The position numbers and the translations under genes are program-made. Positions 30,485-40,056 of a stretch of DNA of 64,000 nt are shown piece by piece. Position 1 is the stretch's first letter. Each line of letters begins with the position of its first letter. The notes beneath the pieces were generated by a model. The model saw nothing but the letters and a program-made list of their open reading frames with translations. It made no database searches and was not told the origin of the DNA. The DNA is from a bacterium (lineage in GTDB: Bacteria; UBA8248), in NCBI GenBank assembly GCA_965213625.1, contig CBDBZU010000004.1, forward strand, positions 1,888,001 to 1,952,000, in the 5' to 3' direction.

Positions 30485-30991
30485 TTACGAATCCTGCCCG
30501 GCGGGGGGCGCGGCGGTGCGCCGGATGAGTTCCCCGAGCGCCTCGCGCTGGTCTCCGAGCACGGCCATGTTTTCGCGGTGCTGTTCGCTTTGCACCACGC
30601 GCTGAGCGGTAAGTTCCTCCATGGCTTCCCGGTGCCGTTCTTTCTCGGCCTCGCGCTCGGCGGCCAGCGCCGCCATGTTCTCGTGGTGCCTGCGCTCCAT
30701 CGCCTCCATGGATTCACGGTGCCGGCCGGCAATCCCTTCCATGGCTTCACGGTGGCGGGTGTCGAGCGCCTTCATGGTTTCGCGGTGCTGGGCGTCACGG
30801 TAGCGCGCGGCCTGGCGCATGAAGTAGAGGCCGTACGCAATCAGGGCGCACTGCGTGGCCCCGACGAGCGCGGCGACCCACACGGAGGCCTGCTGCGCCG
30901 CGAGGGAGGCATGCTGGATGGCCAGGGCGGCTTCCTGCAGTTTGAGGGCGGATTCTTGCAGTGCGAGGGTCGCGGTTTGGAATTCCGTCAT
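30485..30991 (-). CDS. Hypothetical single-TM coiled-coil protein with RHRExM repeats
   Basis: Start MTEFQT after GGAG; one hydrophobic helix; roughly 11-aa repeats. Confidence 0.6.
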   Translation of the reverse strand: MTEFQTATLALQESALKLQEAALAIQHASLAAQQASVWVAALVGATQCALIAYGLYFMRQAARYRDAQHRETMKALDTRHREAMEGIAGRHRESMEAMERRHHENMAALAAEREAEKERHREAMEELTAQRVVQSEQHRENMAVLGDQREALGELIRRTAAPPAGQDS

Positions 30992-31201
30992 TCGTTTTTC
31001 TCCCACCTGGGTTGAGTGGGTCCTCAGCGTGTTCCGCAAGAGTAGCGAACCGCCGCGCGCCGCGTCAATGTCTGGCCCGGGCGGGGGTGGAGAGCGATTA
31101 CGGTTTTGTAGCGGACAGGCCCCTGCGCCTGTCCGGGGCCTCCGTGCCTGTCCGCTTTCTATTGAGCCGGAATGACGAACAATATCCCACCGCATCTTGT
31201 T

Positions 31202-31229
31202 GTAGGGACAGGTCGCGACCTGTCCCTAC
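31202..31229. repeat. GTAG-type REP palindrome
   Basis: Perfect palindrome GTAGGGACAGGTCGCGACCTGTCCCTAC. Confidence 0.75.
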
Positions 31230-31320
31230 GGGATCATCATGTCGCCGACCGGGGGAAACAAGGTCTTTATCAACAACCCAGAGGAGCGAGCGTTTGCCGG
31301 TTTTTCCAACGAACGAGAGA

Positions 31321-31628
31321 GCAATTCACTCCCCCCTTGGGAGTTCTTGCGAACCGAGTAGAGAAGCAATTCACTCCCCCCTTGAGGGGGAGTCACAGAG
31401 GCCGAGTCCTCTGGACGAAGGCCGATGTGGTGGGGGGTATAACGCGTTTATTGCCATTCCGAATAATACCCCCCACCGAATCGCTTGCGGGCTTTCGCCC
31501 ACAGCTCTTCGACTCCCCCTCAAGGGGGGAGTGAATTTCGACTCTATTTGTTCGGCAATAGCCCTCAAGGGGGGAGTTGATTCTTCACGCTGCTTTTACG
31601 GCAATACCCCTCAAGAAGGGAGTGAATC
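31321..31628. repeat. Cluster of CCCCTTGAGGGG-type REP/MITE-like repeats
   Basis: AATTCACTCCCCCCTTGAGGGGGAGTC (~31369) is inverted against GACTCCCCCTCAAGGGGGGAGTGAATT (~31511); partial copies flank it. Confidence 0.7.
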
Positions 31629-31690
31629 TCTTCTCTACTCTTCGGGGTTGATTCGCAAGAAGGCCCGGAGCCGTCCTGCGCCGCCATCGA

Positions 31691-34048
31691 CTACCTGCGC
31701 GCGCCGAAGGCGCCCACGTAGCTGCGGGTGACGGCGTCGTCGCCTTCCCCCACTGTGCCGGTCACGCCGAAGGTGCCGGCGACGGCCGCGGGGGCCGTAT
31801 TGGCAGGTCCTTCCACCACGTCTTCGGTTGCCGCATCGTCCGTCGCCGGGCCGTAGAACCGGCCGCTCCAGGTGCCGTTGTAGGGGTACGCCACGGTGTC
31901 ATCGTCCCGGATCACGCCGGCGCCCATCCGGGCGTTGCCGGAGAAGTCACCCGCATCCGTGATGTCGGCTTCCCTCAGGCTGATGGTGTCACCCGTGGCC
32001 ACGCCGCCTGCGTAGATGCTGGTGATCGAGCCCTGAATGGTGCCTACTTCATCGTCGGCGGCATTTTCATCATCAGCCGTTCCAGGTGCGCCGAAGTTAG
32101 CGGTAAGCGAAGCATCGCCCTCGAAGTAATCTACGCTGCTTCCTGCTGTGTACACGCCTGTAGCTTTACCATTGTAAGTCGCCGTTCCGGTGAGCGTGAC
32201 ATAGTCAGCGAAACTTGCTATCGGCTCACCACCGTCGGCGAAGGCTGCGACACCGGGCGAGTCACCATCGTTGAGCCAGACGCCGAAGGCGAGATAGTCG
32301 CTATCCGGAACCGGACCAGTTGCCGCAGTCAACTCAAAATCATCTTCAGTCACATTCACCACATATTTCACCAGCCTCGTCAGCTCCCCGTCTTCAATCT
32401 CGAATTGGCAGTCGGTTGGTGTGGTCGAGCCGCATACGAACTCCGCCGGAACGGGATTCGTATCCTCATCGCCGTCATGGTCGTAGGCGGCGCCTGTCAG
32501 ATCGGTTGCGCCGTCCGCCAGAACAACCTCAGATTTGGATACGGGCTTGTTGCTTATGGTCAAATCGATGGTTACAGCATCTTTTGCGGCTACCGTCTGC
32601 TCGATATCGGTGAAGACAATAGCGTGATTGGAACCATCCGAGATGGAATACCCGTGCATGAAGCCGGACACGCCATCGATCCGGGTGGCCGTCTGCGGCA
32701 TGGCCGAGATATTGTTGCCCGGGTCCGCCTCCACGGCCGTCGTCCTGAAGGTCAGCGCAACACCGGTGCTTGGGGTAACGATGATTTCAAATGCGCCGGC
32801 CGCGAATTCCACAGGCGGGTCCGCCTGCGTGTCAGGCTCCCAGGAGGCCGTCGCCGTGGCGCCGCCGGAACCACCGGTTGTGGTGCTGTCGTTGTCGGCG
32901 TCCGCAGGCGTGCCCGCCGCCGCGCCGATCGCCGCCGCAACGGCCATCACGCGGACAGCCCGGGCGCCTTCATCCGTCGATTCGTCTATGTCCTCGGTAT
33001 CTGGATTATCATCTGCATCTATCGCGGCTTCCACGTCGACGGCGTTCGCCGCCTTGAGCAATCCGAGCACGTGCGCAGCCACCGGGGTCCGGGGGGGCGG
33101 CATGGGGGTAACCGGAGCAGCAACGCCGGTATTTAGTCCGATTCCCATGCCGTTCAGGTTCAACAGGTAGGTCACGAGCGTTTCGTAATGCTCCTTGGCC
33201 TCATCCCGGGCGTCTCGCGCGTCCTCCGCCATCGTGGCGTTCTTCGCTTTGCGGGCCGCAGCTGCCGCGTCGGCCGCCGCTTTCCGTATGATGGGGAGCG
33301 CGGCTTCCGCACGTTTCAGTACCGCTTCCGCCTTTTTCGCTTCTTCCTCCGCCTGCGCGTAATCCAGCCTCGCGGCCTTGGCCCTGTCCGCAGCGTTTCG
33401 CGCCTCTTCGGCTTCCTCGCGGATCAATGCAATCCTGAGGGCCGCCCCGTGTCCGTTTTCTATGACGCTGCCGTCCCTGGGATCGATAATCCTTGTGAAA
33501 CCGTTCGCCAGGGCTCGCGCAGCGAGGTCTTTGTACATATCGGCCGCCTCCTGCGCGGACGCCAGGCTCGTCGCTCCGCCGTACTTGATGACTTCATCCC
33601 GCGCGGCCTCGGCATCTTCCCGGGCTTCTACCGCCATGTCCTTGTATTTCGTGGCGTCATTCAGCGTATCCGCGTCTTGCGCCTTGTCGGCCGCCTCCTG
33701 CGCATTCTCGTACGCGGTCTTGGCCCTGCCCAGCTCAGCCGTGGCCAGGGCGAAATGGATGGGGGCGGCGTCCCGGTCGCCGGCGGCGTTGCTCAGAGTC
33801 TCCTTCGCGGTTTCCAGCGCGGCATTGGCCAGCTTGGCCGCCTCATTGGCGTCGTCTTTCGCATCCATGATCATCTGGGCGATTTCCGCCTCCGTCGGTC
33901 CCGTCATGGGCGGGTCCACCGGATCCGCAGCACCGTCGTCGCCGCCGACTCCGCCGCCTCCGCCGCCGCAGCCCGCCAGCGTCAGCGCGAACACCGCCGC
34001 CAGCGCGAAAGCGGAGAACCTGCTTATGGATTTCGCTCTGAACATCAT
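31691..34048 (-). CDS. Surface lipoprotein paralogue 1 (TbpB-like C-terminal barrel, putative Slam/T11SS cargo)
   Basis: Lipobox LAGC, poly-Gly tether, Ala-rich helical stalk, YLAFGVWL, GTATYNGKATG, ends VGAFGARR. Confidence 0.75.
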   Translation of the reverse strand: MMFRAKSISRFSAFALAAVFALTLAGCGGGGGGVGGDDGAADPVDPPMTGPTEAEIAQMIMDAKDDANEAAKLANAALETAKETLSNAAGDRDAAPIHFALATAELGRAKTAYENAQEAADKAQDADTLNDATKYKDMAVEAREDAEAARDEVIKYGGATSLASAQEAADMYKDLAARALANGFTRIIDPRDGSVIENGHGAALRIALIREEAEEARNAADRAKAARLDYAQAEEEAKKAEAVLKRAEAALPIIRKAAADAAAAARKAKNATMAEDARDARDEAKEHYETLVTYLLNLNGMGIGLNTGVAAPVTPMPPPRTPVAAHVLGLLKAANAVDVEAAIDADDNPDTEDIDESTDEGARAVRVMAVAAAIGAAAGTPADADNDSTTTGGSGGATATASWEPDTQADPPVEFAAGAFEIIVTPSTGVALTFRTTAVEADPGNNISAMPQTATRIDGVSGFMHGYSISDGSNHAIVFTDIEQTVAAKDAVTIDLTISNKPVSKSEVVLADGATDLTGAAYDHDGDEDTNPVPAEFVCGSTTPTDCQFEIEDGELTRLVKYVVNVTEDDFELTAATGPVPDSDYLAFGVWLNDGDSPGVAAFADGGEPIASFADYVTLTGTATYNGKATGVYTAGSSVDYFEGDASLTANFGAPGTADDENAADDEVGTIQGSITSIYAGGVATGDTISLREADITDAGDFSGNARMGAGVIRDDDTVAYPYNGTWSGRFYGPATDDAATEDVVEGPANTAPAAVAGTFGVTGTVGEGDDAVTRSYVGAFGARR

Positions 34049-34288
34049 GAAGTGGGTCCTCCTGAATACGATAGAAAAAGGGATTTTCCGTTTCTTCCCG
34101 GCTTTTTAGGTGGAGGACTCTTTTGAAATAGCGTTGAATTCTTGTATCTATTTGATATTTATTTTGTTACAATTGTTTCATGATGGCGTGGATTCTGTGT
34201 ATCAAGGCCCGTAATCAAAACGAAAGCAGGTTCGTTAAAACGCCTGCGTATCTAGGGGTGCGCCTGTCGCGGGAGGTGCCTGTTGCTT

Positions 34289-34441
34289 GAAGCCGTTCCC
34301 GGGGAAAACCCGACGTACGGAATTTAAGGGGGGGCGGCTGGAAACGTGGCTCAAGGCGGAACTGTGACCCCACCCTGCAACCGAAAGGGCAGGGCTGGAA
34401 ACCCTCCGCCTGAAGGTGCGCGCGCCAGTGCTCTACCCGAC
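34289..34441 (+). mobile_element. Group II intron 3' fragment (domains V-VI), no RT ORF
   Basis: DV-like GAAGCCGTTCCCGGGGAAAACCCGACGTACGG with AGC triad and AC bulge; long DVI ending CTCTACCCGAC. Confidence 0.78.
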
Positions 34442-34442
34442 A

Positions 34443-34548
34443 GAAGGCCAGCCACCACCTCCATCCCGAGTCATGGGCCGCTACCCGCGAGGGTGGGTGG
34501 CTAGCGTTGACAGGGGCGCGTGCGTGCGGGGCTATTGAACACCGAAAA
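34443..34548 (+). mobile_element. Probable group II intron domain I fragment
   Basis: CCCGAGTCATG...CGCGAG...AGCGTTGACAGGGG...GCTATTGA resembles bacterial group II intron 5' regions. Confidence 0.5.
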
Positions 34549-34689
34549 TGAATCATCATTTATCAACATTGGGGCTTTGCGCAGCGGATTGATCTGGTTA
34601 GCGGTAAATGGAGCAGATACGATGTAGGGGTGGCAGACAATTCTAACATTATAATTGAACATTAACATTAGATATGGTAGTGTTCGGGA

Positions 34690-35715
34690 ATGATGTTAGA
34701 TAGCTGTCATATCCCTTCAGACAGGGGCGAATATCGCGACCGGCTCGAAGCCTATCTCGAAGCCATTCTAAAGCGCGACGTTCCTTTGAAAGACTGGGGC
34801 GGGTATGAGGCGCTGCCTGTATTTCTGACCCGTTTCTACCAGTTTTTTGAGACGCGGATCGGTCAAACACCACTCCTCTTCATGTCGGCGAGCCAAGCCG
34901 CCGAACATACGCCAGCAGAGCTCAGGAAACACCTTGAGTTGGCGAAGGAGGGATTCGACGGAATAGTCGTATATTCAGTTGAACGACTTACAGCCGCCTT
35001 CCGCGCTCGGCTTATTGCAGCCGGCGTCGCTTTCGCCGTGCCCGGAAATCAGCTTTTTATTCCGGAACTCGCGATGGACTTGCGCGAACATTTCAGGGCG
35101 CCGAAACCGGAGCGGCCTGAAAAATTATCTCCGTCGGCTCAACTGGTTCTGTTTTTCCATCTCATCAAAGATGAGCAGGCTCGACCTTGGACGCCAACCG
35201 AGCTGACGGAACCACTTCGGTATTCGATCATGACCATGAGCCGGGCTTTTGATGAGCTTGCAGCTGTGGGCCTTGCCCGGATAGAGCGGCGTGGCCGCAG
35301 GAAGCTCTTGTCGTTCTGTTCCGAGGGGCGCTTGCTGATCGACGCTTCGAAGACACTTCTGATTCGTCCTGAACGCCGACTGGACCATGTCCGTTGGTTG
35401 AAGAGACCGCCTGGATTTCCGTTGGCCGGCGAGCACGCCCTCGCACGATTCAGCGATCTCAGCCCACCGGCCGCGCCACCGGTTTACGCAGTGACGCCGA
35501 AACAGATATGCGACCTGCTCGCGGCCGGGTGGGCGGAACAGAGAGAGGCTGACTATGACTCTGATGGTGCGCTTGCAATTTGGCGATACGATCCCGGGAT
35601 ATTGGCTCGGAACCAGATAGTCGATCCGCTCTCTCTCTTCGCGCAATTCTGGGACGACCCCGACGAACGCTTGTCCATGGCCGTCGACCAACTCCTGGAG
35701 CAATGGACATGGTGA
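34690..35715 (+). CDS. HTH-containing AbiEi-like antitoxin/regulator (start uncertain)
   Basis: Central HTH (PTELTEPLRYSIMTMSRAFDEL), LAGEHALARFSDL, VDPLSL; overlaps a nucleotidyltransferase gene. Confidence 0.6.
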   Translation: MMLDSCHIPSDRGEYRDRLEAYLEAILKRDVPLKDWGGYEALPVFLTRFYQFFETRIGQTPLLFMSASQAAEHTPAELRKHLELAKEGFDGIVVYSVERLTAAFRARLIAAGVAFAVPGNQLFIPELAMDLREHFRAPKPERPEKLSPSAQLVLFFHLIKDEQARPWTPTELTEPLRYSIMTMSRAFDELAAVGLARIERRGRRKLLSFCSEGRLLIDASKTLLIRPERRLDHVRWLKRPPGFPLAGEHALARFSDLSPPAAPPVYAVTPKQICDLLAAGWAEQREADYDSDGALAIWRYDPGILARNQIVDPLSLFAQFWDDPDERLSMAVDQLLEQWTW

Positions 35716-36476
35716 AAGGACTTGACCGGTTCCGAGAGTATTTCGCCGGGCACGAAAATAGCTACGCGCTTATTGGCGGCGTTGCCTGCGATATTCTTTT
35801 CGGCGAAGCCGGACTTGCGTTTCGAGCCACCAAAGACTTCGACATTGTGCTGTGCGTCGAGGTGGTAGGTGTCGAGTTCGGTATGGTCTTTGCGGATTTC
35901 CTGGAAGCAGGCGGATATCAGGCCAGAGAGCGCTCGACCGGCAAGCGGGAATTCTGCCGCTTTCATCGACCATCCGACGAAACGTTCCCGGCGATGCTCG
36001 AACTCTTCGCCCGGCGACCGGATACACTGAAACTGCCCGGCGGAGCCAAGCTATCTCCGATACCTGTTGAAGAGAATGTGATCAGCCTTTCGGCCATCCT
36101 TATGGATGACGACTATTTCGAAGCGATTCAGAAAGCGCGGCGCGTTATCGACGACATAAGCCTTATCGACGAAACGATCCTTATCCCGTTTAAAGCACGC
36201 GCTTTTCTCGATCTTTCCAGACGCAAAGCAAATGGTGAAGACGTTGATGCCCGACACATACGAAAGCACCGCGCCGATGTGTTCCGGCTCGCCCAGCTAT
36301 TACCGGGTAGCGGTAACCTGCCCCTGGCCAGACCCATTCGGGCTGACTTGGCCGCGTTTCTTGAGCAGGTCGCAAGCGATTCGGACTTCGACTACAAGGC
36401 GTTGACGCTACCACTGACGTTGCCGGATGCGACGGCAATACTCGATGGATACTATCAGCTCGGCTCTTCTGCCTAG
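35709..36476 (+). CDS. AbiEii-like nucleotidyltransferase (type IV TA toxin)
   Basis: LIGGVAC, RATKDFDIV, KHRADVFRL. Confidence 0.68.
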   Translation: MVKGLDRFREYFAGHENSYALIGGVACDILFGEAGLAFRATKDFDIVLCVEVVGVEFGMVFADFLEAGGYQARERSTGKREFCRFHRPSDETFPAMLELFARRPDTLKLPGGAKLSPIPVEENVISLSAILMDDDYFEAIQKARRVIDDISLIDETILIPFKARAFLDLSRRKANGEDVDARHIRKHRADVFRLAQLLPGSGNLPLARPIRADLAAFLEQVASDSDFDYKALTLPLTLPDATAILDGYYQLGSSA

Positions 36477-36643
36477 GTTGAAATGTCTAAAAATCCTTGA
36501 TACGCAATTGGGAGTAGGGGAAGCGTTATCCGAACGGCACGGCGAGGGCCCTGCTGAAGTTACTCGACAAGGCTCCCGAAACCGCGCTGCGCCTGCTGAC
36601 CTGAGCGGGCTGCAACAAATCGCTCAGCAGTCGGCACGACATG

Positions 36644-36687
36644 CCCGGCAGTTGATCCTGAAATACAAGTTGGGAGGAGACAACTGA
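36644..36687 (+). pseudogene. HicA toxin C-terminal remnant
   Basis: RQLILKYKLGGDN stop overlapping the hicB start resembles HicA C-termini. Confidence 0.45.
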
Positions 36688-36899
36688 TGCACAAGTACGA
36701 GATCATCATCTATTGGAGCAACGAAGATCAGGAGTTCATCGCCGAGGCGCCCGAATTGCCCGGATGCACGGCTCACGGCGACGATCAGGAAACCGCGTTG
36801 CGGAATATCAAGGATGTCATGCAGTTCTGGATCGATCGGGCGAAGGAACTGGGACGGGCCGTTCCGCAGCCCAAGGGCGAGCGCCTGATGCTCGTATGA
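36687..36899 (+). CDS. hicB: HicB-family antitoxin
   Basis: YEIIIYWSNEDQEFIAEAPELPGCTAHGDDQETAL. Confidence 0.85.
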   Translation: MHKYEIIIYWSNEDQEFIAEAPELPGCTAHGDDQETALRNIKDVMQFWIDRAKELGRAVPQPKGERLMLV

Positions 36900-37059
36900 T
36901 CACAAGGCGCAAGGCTGTTCTACCGTCGAGATATCGTGACTGTGGACGAGAGGCATTGCGGGAGCGTCGGTGCACGGCAGTAATTCTGGTCGTGCCTGCC
37001 GGCCATCTCCATCTGCGGACTGTTGATAAAATTTGCAACCCAGCAGGCATGACATGACC

Positions 37060-37122
37060 ATGAGCACGATGAACATATCACAGCCAGAGATGCTGAAGTC
37101 CTTCGTTGACGACCAAGTCGGC
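37060..37122 (+). pseudogene. ParD/RHH antitoxin N-terminal remnant
   Basis: MSTMNISQPEMLKSFVDDQVG, cut off by the IS fragment. Confidence 0.55.
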
Positions 37123-37540
37123 ATAAACCGATTGCCCACCAGCAACGCCAACAAACTGTCGCGGCGCAAATACTCGTGGTCGTTCAGGTCCTCGTAGCCC
37201 AGCGCCAGTGCGTACACCCGCTGTGCCACCAGTGAGCGTACTAGACGCTCCACGCTGCTGGGCTTGCAGTATTCACGAAAACACCGCGCCAGACGAGCCA
37301 TCAGACCCAGGCGAAGATTTGTCTATCGAAACAGCACCCCGCCGGTGTCCGACGTGATTCGTCCGCCGTCGAATCGAGCGACGATATCACGTCTTCCGTG
37401 GGCGTGAAAGAGAAGCTGTTCGGGTATATAATGTGTATTTATGGGACCTCTCTGTTGGACGGGTGTAAGATGTTCATCCAATTCATATTATCCGACAATC
37501 AGAAGTCCCATGCCATTTGCCGGTGAAATATCCGGGCTAG
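37123..37540 (-). mobile_element. IS1380-family fragment (left end plus degenerate transposase 5' part)
   Basis: FDGGRITSDTGG and LVAQRVYALALGYEDLNDHEYLRRD; end-like CTAGCCCGGATATTTCAC. Confidence 0.78.
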
Positions 37541-38014
37541 AAACGAATCGAAAAAGGCCGCAAAAAAGCGAGAGATTCTCCCGGGTTGCTTGGAGACTTC
37601 GTTGGCGCTCGAAACGATCGAGGGGCGAGAATGGCCGCAAACGGAAACCGAAACTAACTTCTTCGTTCTGCGAAGTTCACCGCACGGGACATCTTTCGAG
37701 ACATAGAGAGGGTCTAAGAGAAGAAGAGATTGATCGAATCAGACTTAATATCCCCGAAATTGCCGAAATAATCGGCGAAATACCTGCGAGACCAGGCGTA
37801 ATCGGAGAGCGAAAATATAGAGATACAGTCCTGCCTGACGACCATAGTGAACAATCTATATCGGCTCTCCGCCGTTCTTTTTGTTCGATTATGCGCTCTC
37901 TGGAGAACCCTCTGGATACCCGTGGCAAGCACAAATTCCACCATGTCCCCGGTGTGAGCCAAGCCGCCTGAACCTGAATACGAAACATTCCCTAACCCGA
38001 TTCTTCAGCAAACC

Positions 38015-38212
38015 CTATTCTGAAATTGACGATTCGTTAAATTCATCAATTGTACGGCGCGGCGGATAGTTTACATAGCTGCGGTTGGAAGTCTCCTGCC
38101 TGTCCCTGATGTCGCGAAAGATCGCACCCAAATCATAGCTGAATCGGGCAGCGTATTCGTCACGAATCGCCCGAACTTCGGCGATGATAGGGTCAGTCGT
38201 TATCGGATTCAT
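38015..38212 (-). CDS. Small hypothetical protein (possible antitoxin)
   Basis: DPIIAEVRAIRDEYAARFSYDLGAIF with RBS AGAGG. Confidence 0.55.
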   Translation of the reverse strand: MNPITTDPIIAEVRAIRDEYAARFSYDLGAIFRDIRDRQETSNRSYVNYPPRRTIDEFNESSISE

Positions 38213-38748
38213 GCCGTGCCTCTTTGTTGTGGGAGTTACGATCACAGGTGCACGGTACGTGCGGTGAAGAAAATTATGTTGCCTTCGAACTCTTCAAGAA
38301 CCCCGCTTGGAAGAGGTTATTGAGATCAACGAAACATAATTTGCTGCGCAACATAAAATATGTAATGTGTTACTCAATATAACCACTCGATGAACGATGG
38401 CGACATCCGCCCCTGCCCGCCGGGGGACGGACGCCTAAGGACCGGCGCGAAACGAGGCCGTTCATATGGTGGCAGAACATTCAGTCAATAATTTTCGTGT
38501 TGACAATATCGTGTGCATGACAAATAATTTCCCGAAGTTAGACGTCACGAAAAGAAAGAAAGAAGAATTCAAGAGTACTCACAATGAAATCAAAATGGCT
38601 CAAGAAGAATTCGATAAGTTTAATGATCGCTGATTGCACGGACAAAGAATCAATAAATGGTTCTTTAGAATTTACCATCAAGGCACTGCAATGGAAGCAA
38701 GGATAGACGCCCTTGATGATATGGTAACTGCTCTCGAAAAGTAATATT

Positions 38749-38855
38749 GGGGTTGTCCGTTGGTTGCCTCTACATCGTCGGGAGGCAAATTGTACCGCAT
38801 TCCTGGGCAAGAGTTTGAGTCCTCTCACCGGGATTCGGGAACAATGGGCAACCCC
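38749..38855 (+). ncRNA. Candidate structured RNA motif, orphan and diverged copy
   Basis: 14-bp closing stem GGGGTTGTCCGTTG/CAATGGGCAACCCC; core TGTACCGC..TCCTGG..GAGTTTGAGTCCTC..CCGGGA shared with three other copies. Confidence 0.6.
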
Positions 38856-39714
38856 ACTTTTTGTAGCCGCTTCTTAGGAATCCCTCCTGCCAGGGCGACC
38901 GTGGTGAGAAGCGGCGAATCGCCCCTTCCGACTTCATAAGTCGTGCAGTCATAGTCGCGAGAAACTGAATATGATTGGAAAAATGAAGTCTCTCCTCATA
39001 CACAAGGCACCTCCAAGCGGGAGGGGAGACGACTCAAAAAGAATTATGATGGACGATGAAACCAGACAGGCATTCGAGAGGCTCGGCAAGGAAATGCGCT
39101 TAGGTTGCATGTGAATGGAAGGCCGAATACAGAACCTAGGGAGCCGGGTGTCCACTCTGGTGGCGCACGTTTATAAAGTGGAAAAGAGCCAAGATGCTTT
39201 CGGCAAGGCGTTTGCCGATTTTAGGCTCGAAATGCTTGACCTCATCCGTGAACGGATCCAGTTATAATGAGCTCCGAGATTTAGAACCACGCCTATGCAT
39301 TCATGGCGCTTATCGCCGCTCAACTGAGCCGCCAGCAAAAGGCAAATCTTAAATACGTCCTGGACAACTACAAGCAGCAGGAATCCGTCGACGATACCGT
39401 GACGGAAGCCAACCTGCGCTTTAGGAAACTCCTGCTCTTCCTGGACGAAAACCTCTGTTGTGTATGAGTCGAATTGAAGAAGGCACCGCACGAACCATTG
39501 CTTGCCGAGCGACATTCCAGGACAAGTCGCCAATATTGACGATGCCTGTCCATGGTGGACACAATCCGCCGCCATGTCAAATTTCCGGATTCGTCAAAGG
39601 TGCTGCCTATCCGGAGGAGAAAAGGTGTTTGCCAACGATGGGAAAACGCGTAAAATCGGCTTAATGTCTACTTAAATATACTTTACAATAGATTCTGTCT
39701 GCAGGAGAAGACAA

Positions 39715-40056
39715 ATGCCCGGAAGAATTGAAAACACGCTGCCGATTCCGGTTCGCCGCGCCCTGAGGAAACTCGGCGAGGAAATCCGCGACGCACGCCG
39801 GCGGCGGCGTATTTCGACGGCGGTGATGGCCGAACGCGCGCTCATCAGCCGGATGTCCTTGTACAAAATCGAAAGGGGCGATCCGGGCGTGTCGCTCGGG
39901 CTCTACGCCTCGGTCCTCTTCGTGCTCGGGATGAACGAGCGGCTCGCCGATCTCGCAGACCCGCGGCACGACCCCGTGGGCTTGAGCCTTCAGGATGCAT
40001 TGCTGCCCAGGCGCATCCGTTCGCCCCGTTCCGGCAAGCCCGGGGGCGGCGCGTAA
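39715..40056 (+). CDS. XRE-HTH antitoxin (HipB-like)
   Basis: LGEEIRDARRRRR...AERALISRMSLYKIERGDPGV; overlaps hipA. Confidence 0.85.
   Translation: MPGRIENTLPIPVRRALRKLGEEIRDARRRRRISTAVMAERALISRMSLYKIERGDPGVSLGLYASVLFVLGMNERLADLADPRHDPVGLSLQDALLPRRIRSPRSGKPGGGA

Noticed and set aside
31321-31628. Possible CRISPR array
   Set aside because: The repeats are inverted, irregularly spaced and REP-like; no cas genes are present.
34258-34270. GTGCG as a group II intron 5' end forming a mini-intron
   Set aside because: GCGCCTGT also occurs at a similar position in the lipoprotein 2 upstream region, and domains I-IV are missing between it and domain V.
39046-39267. Short coiled-coil-like ORF with an in-frame TGA at 39112
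   Set aside because: No recognisable redox motif or SECIS-like hairpin, and it lies among decayed genes; more likely a pseudogene than a selenoprotein.
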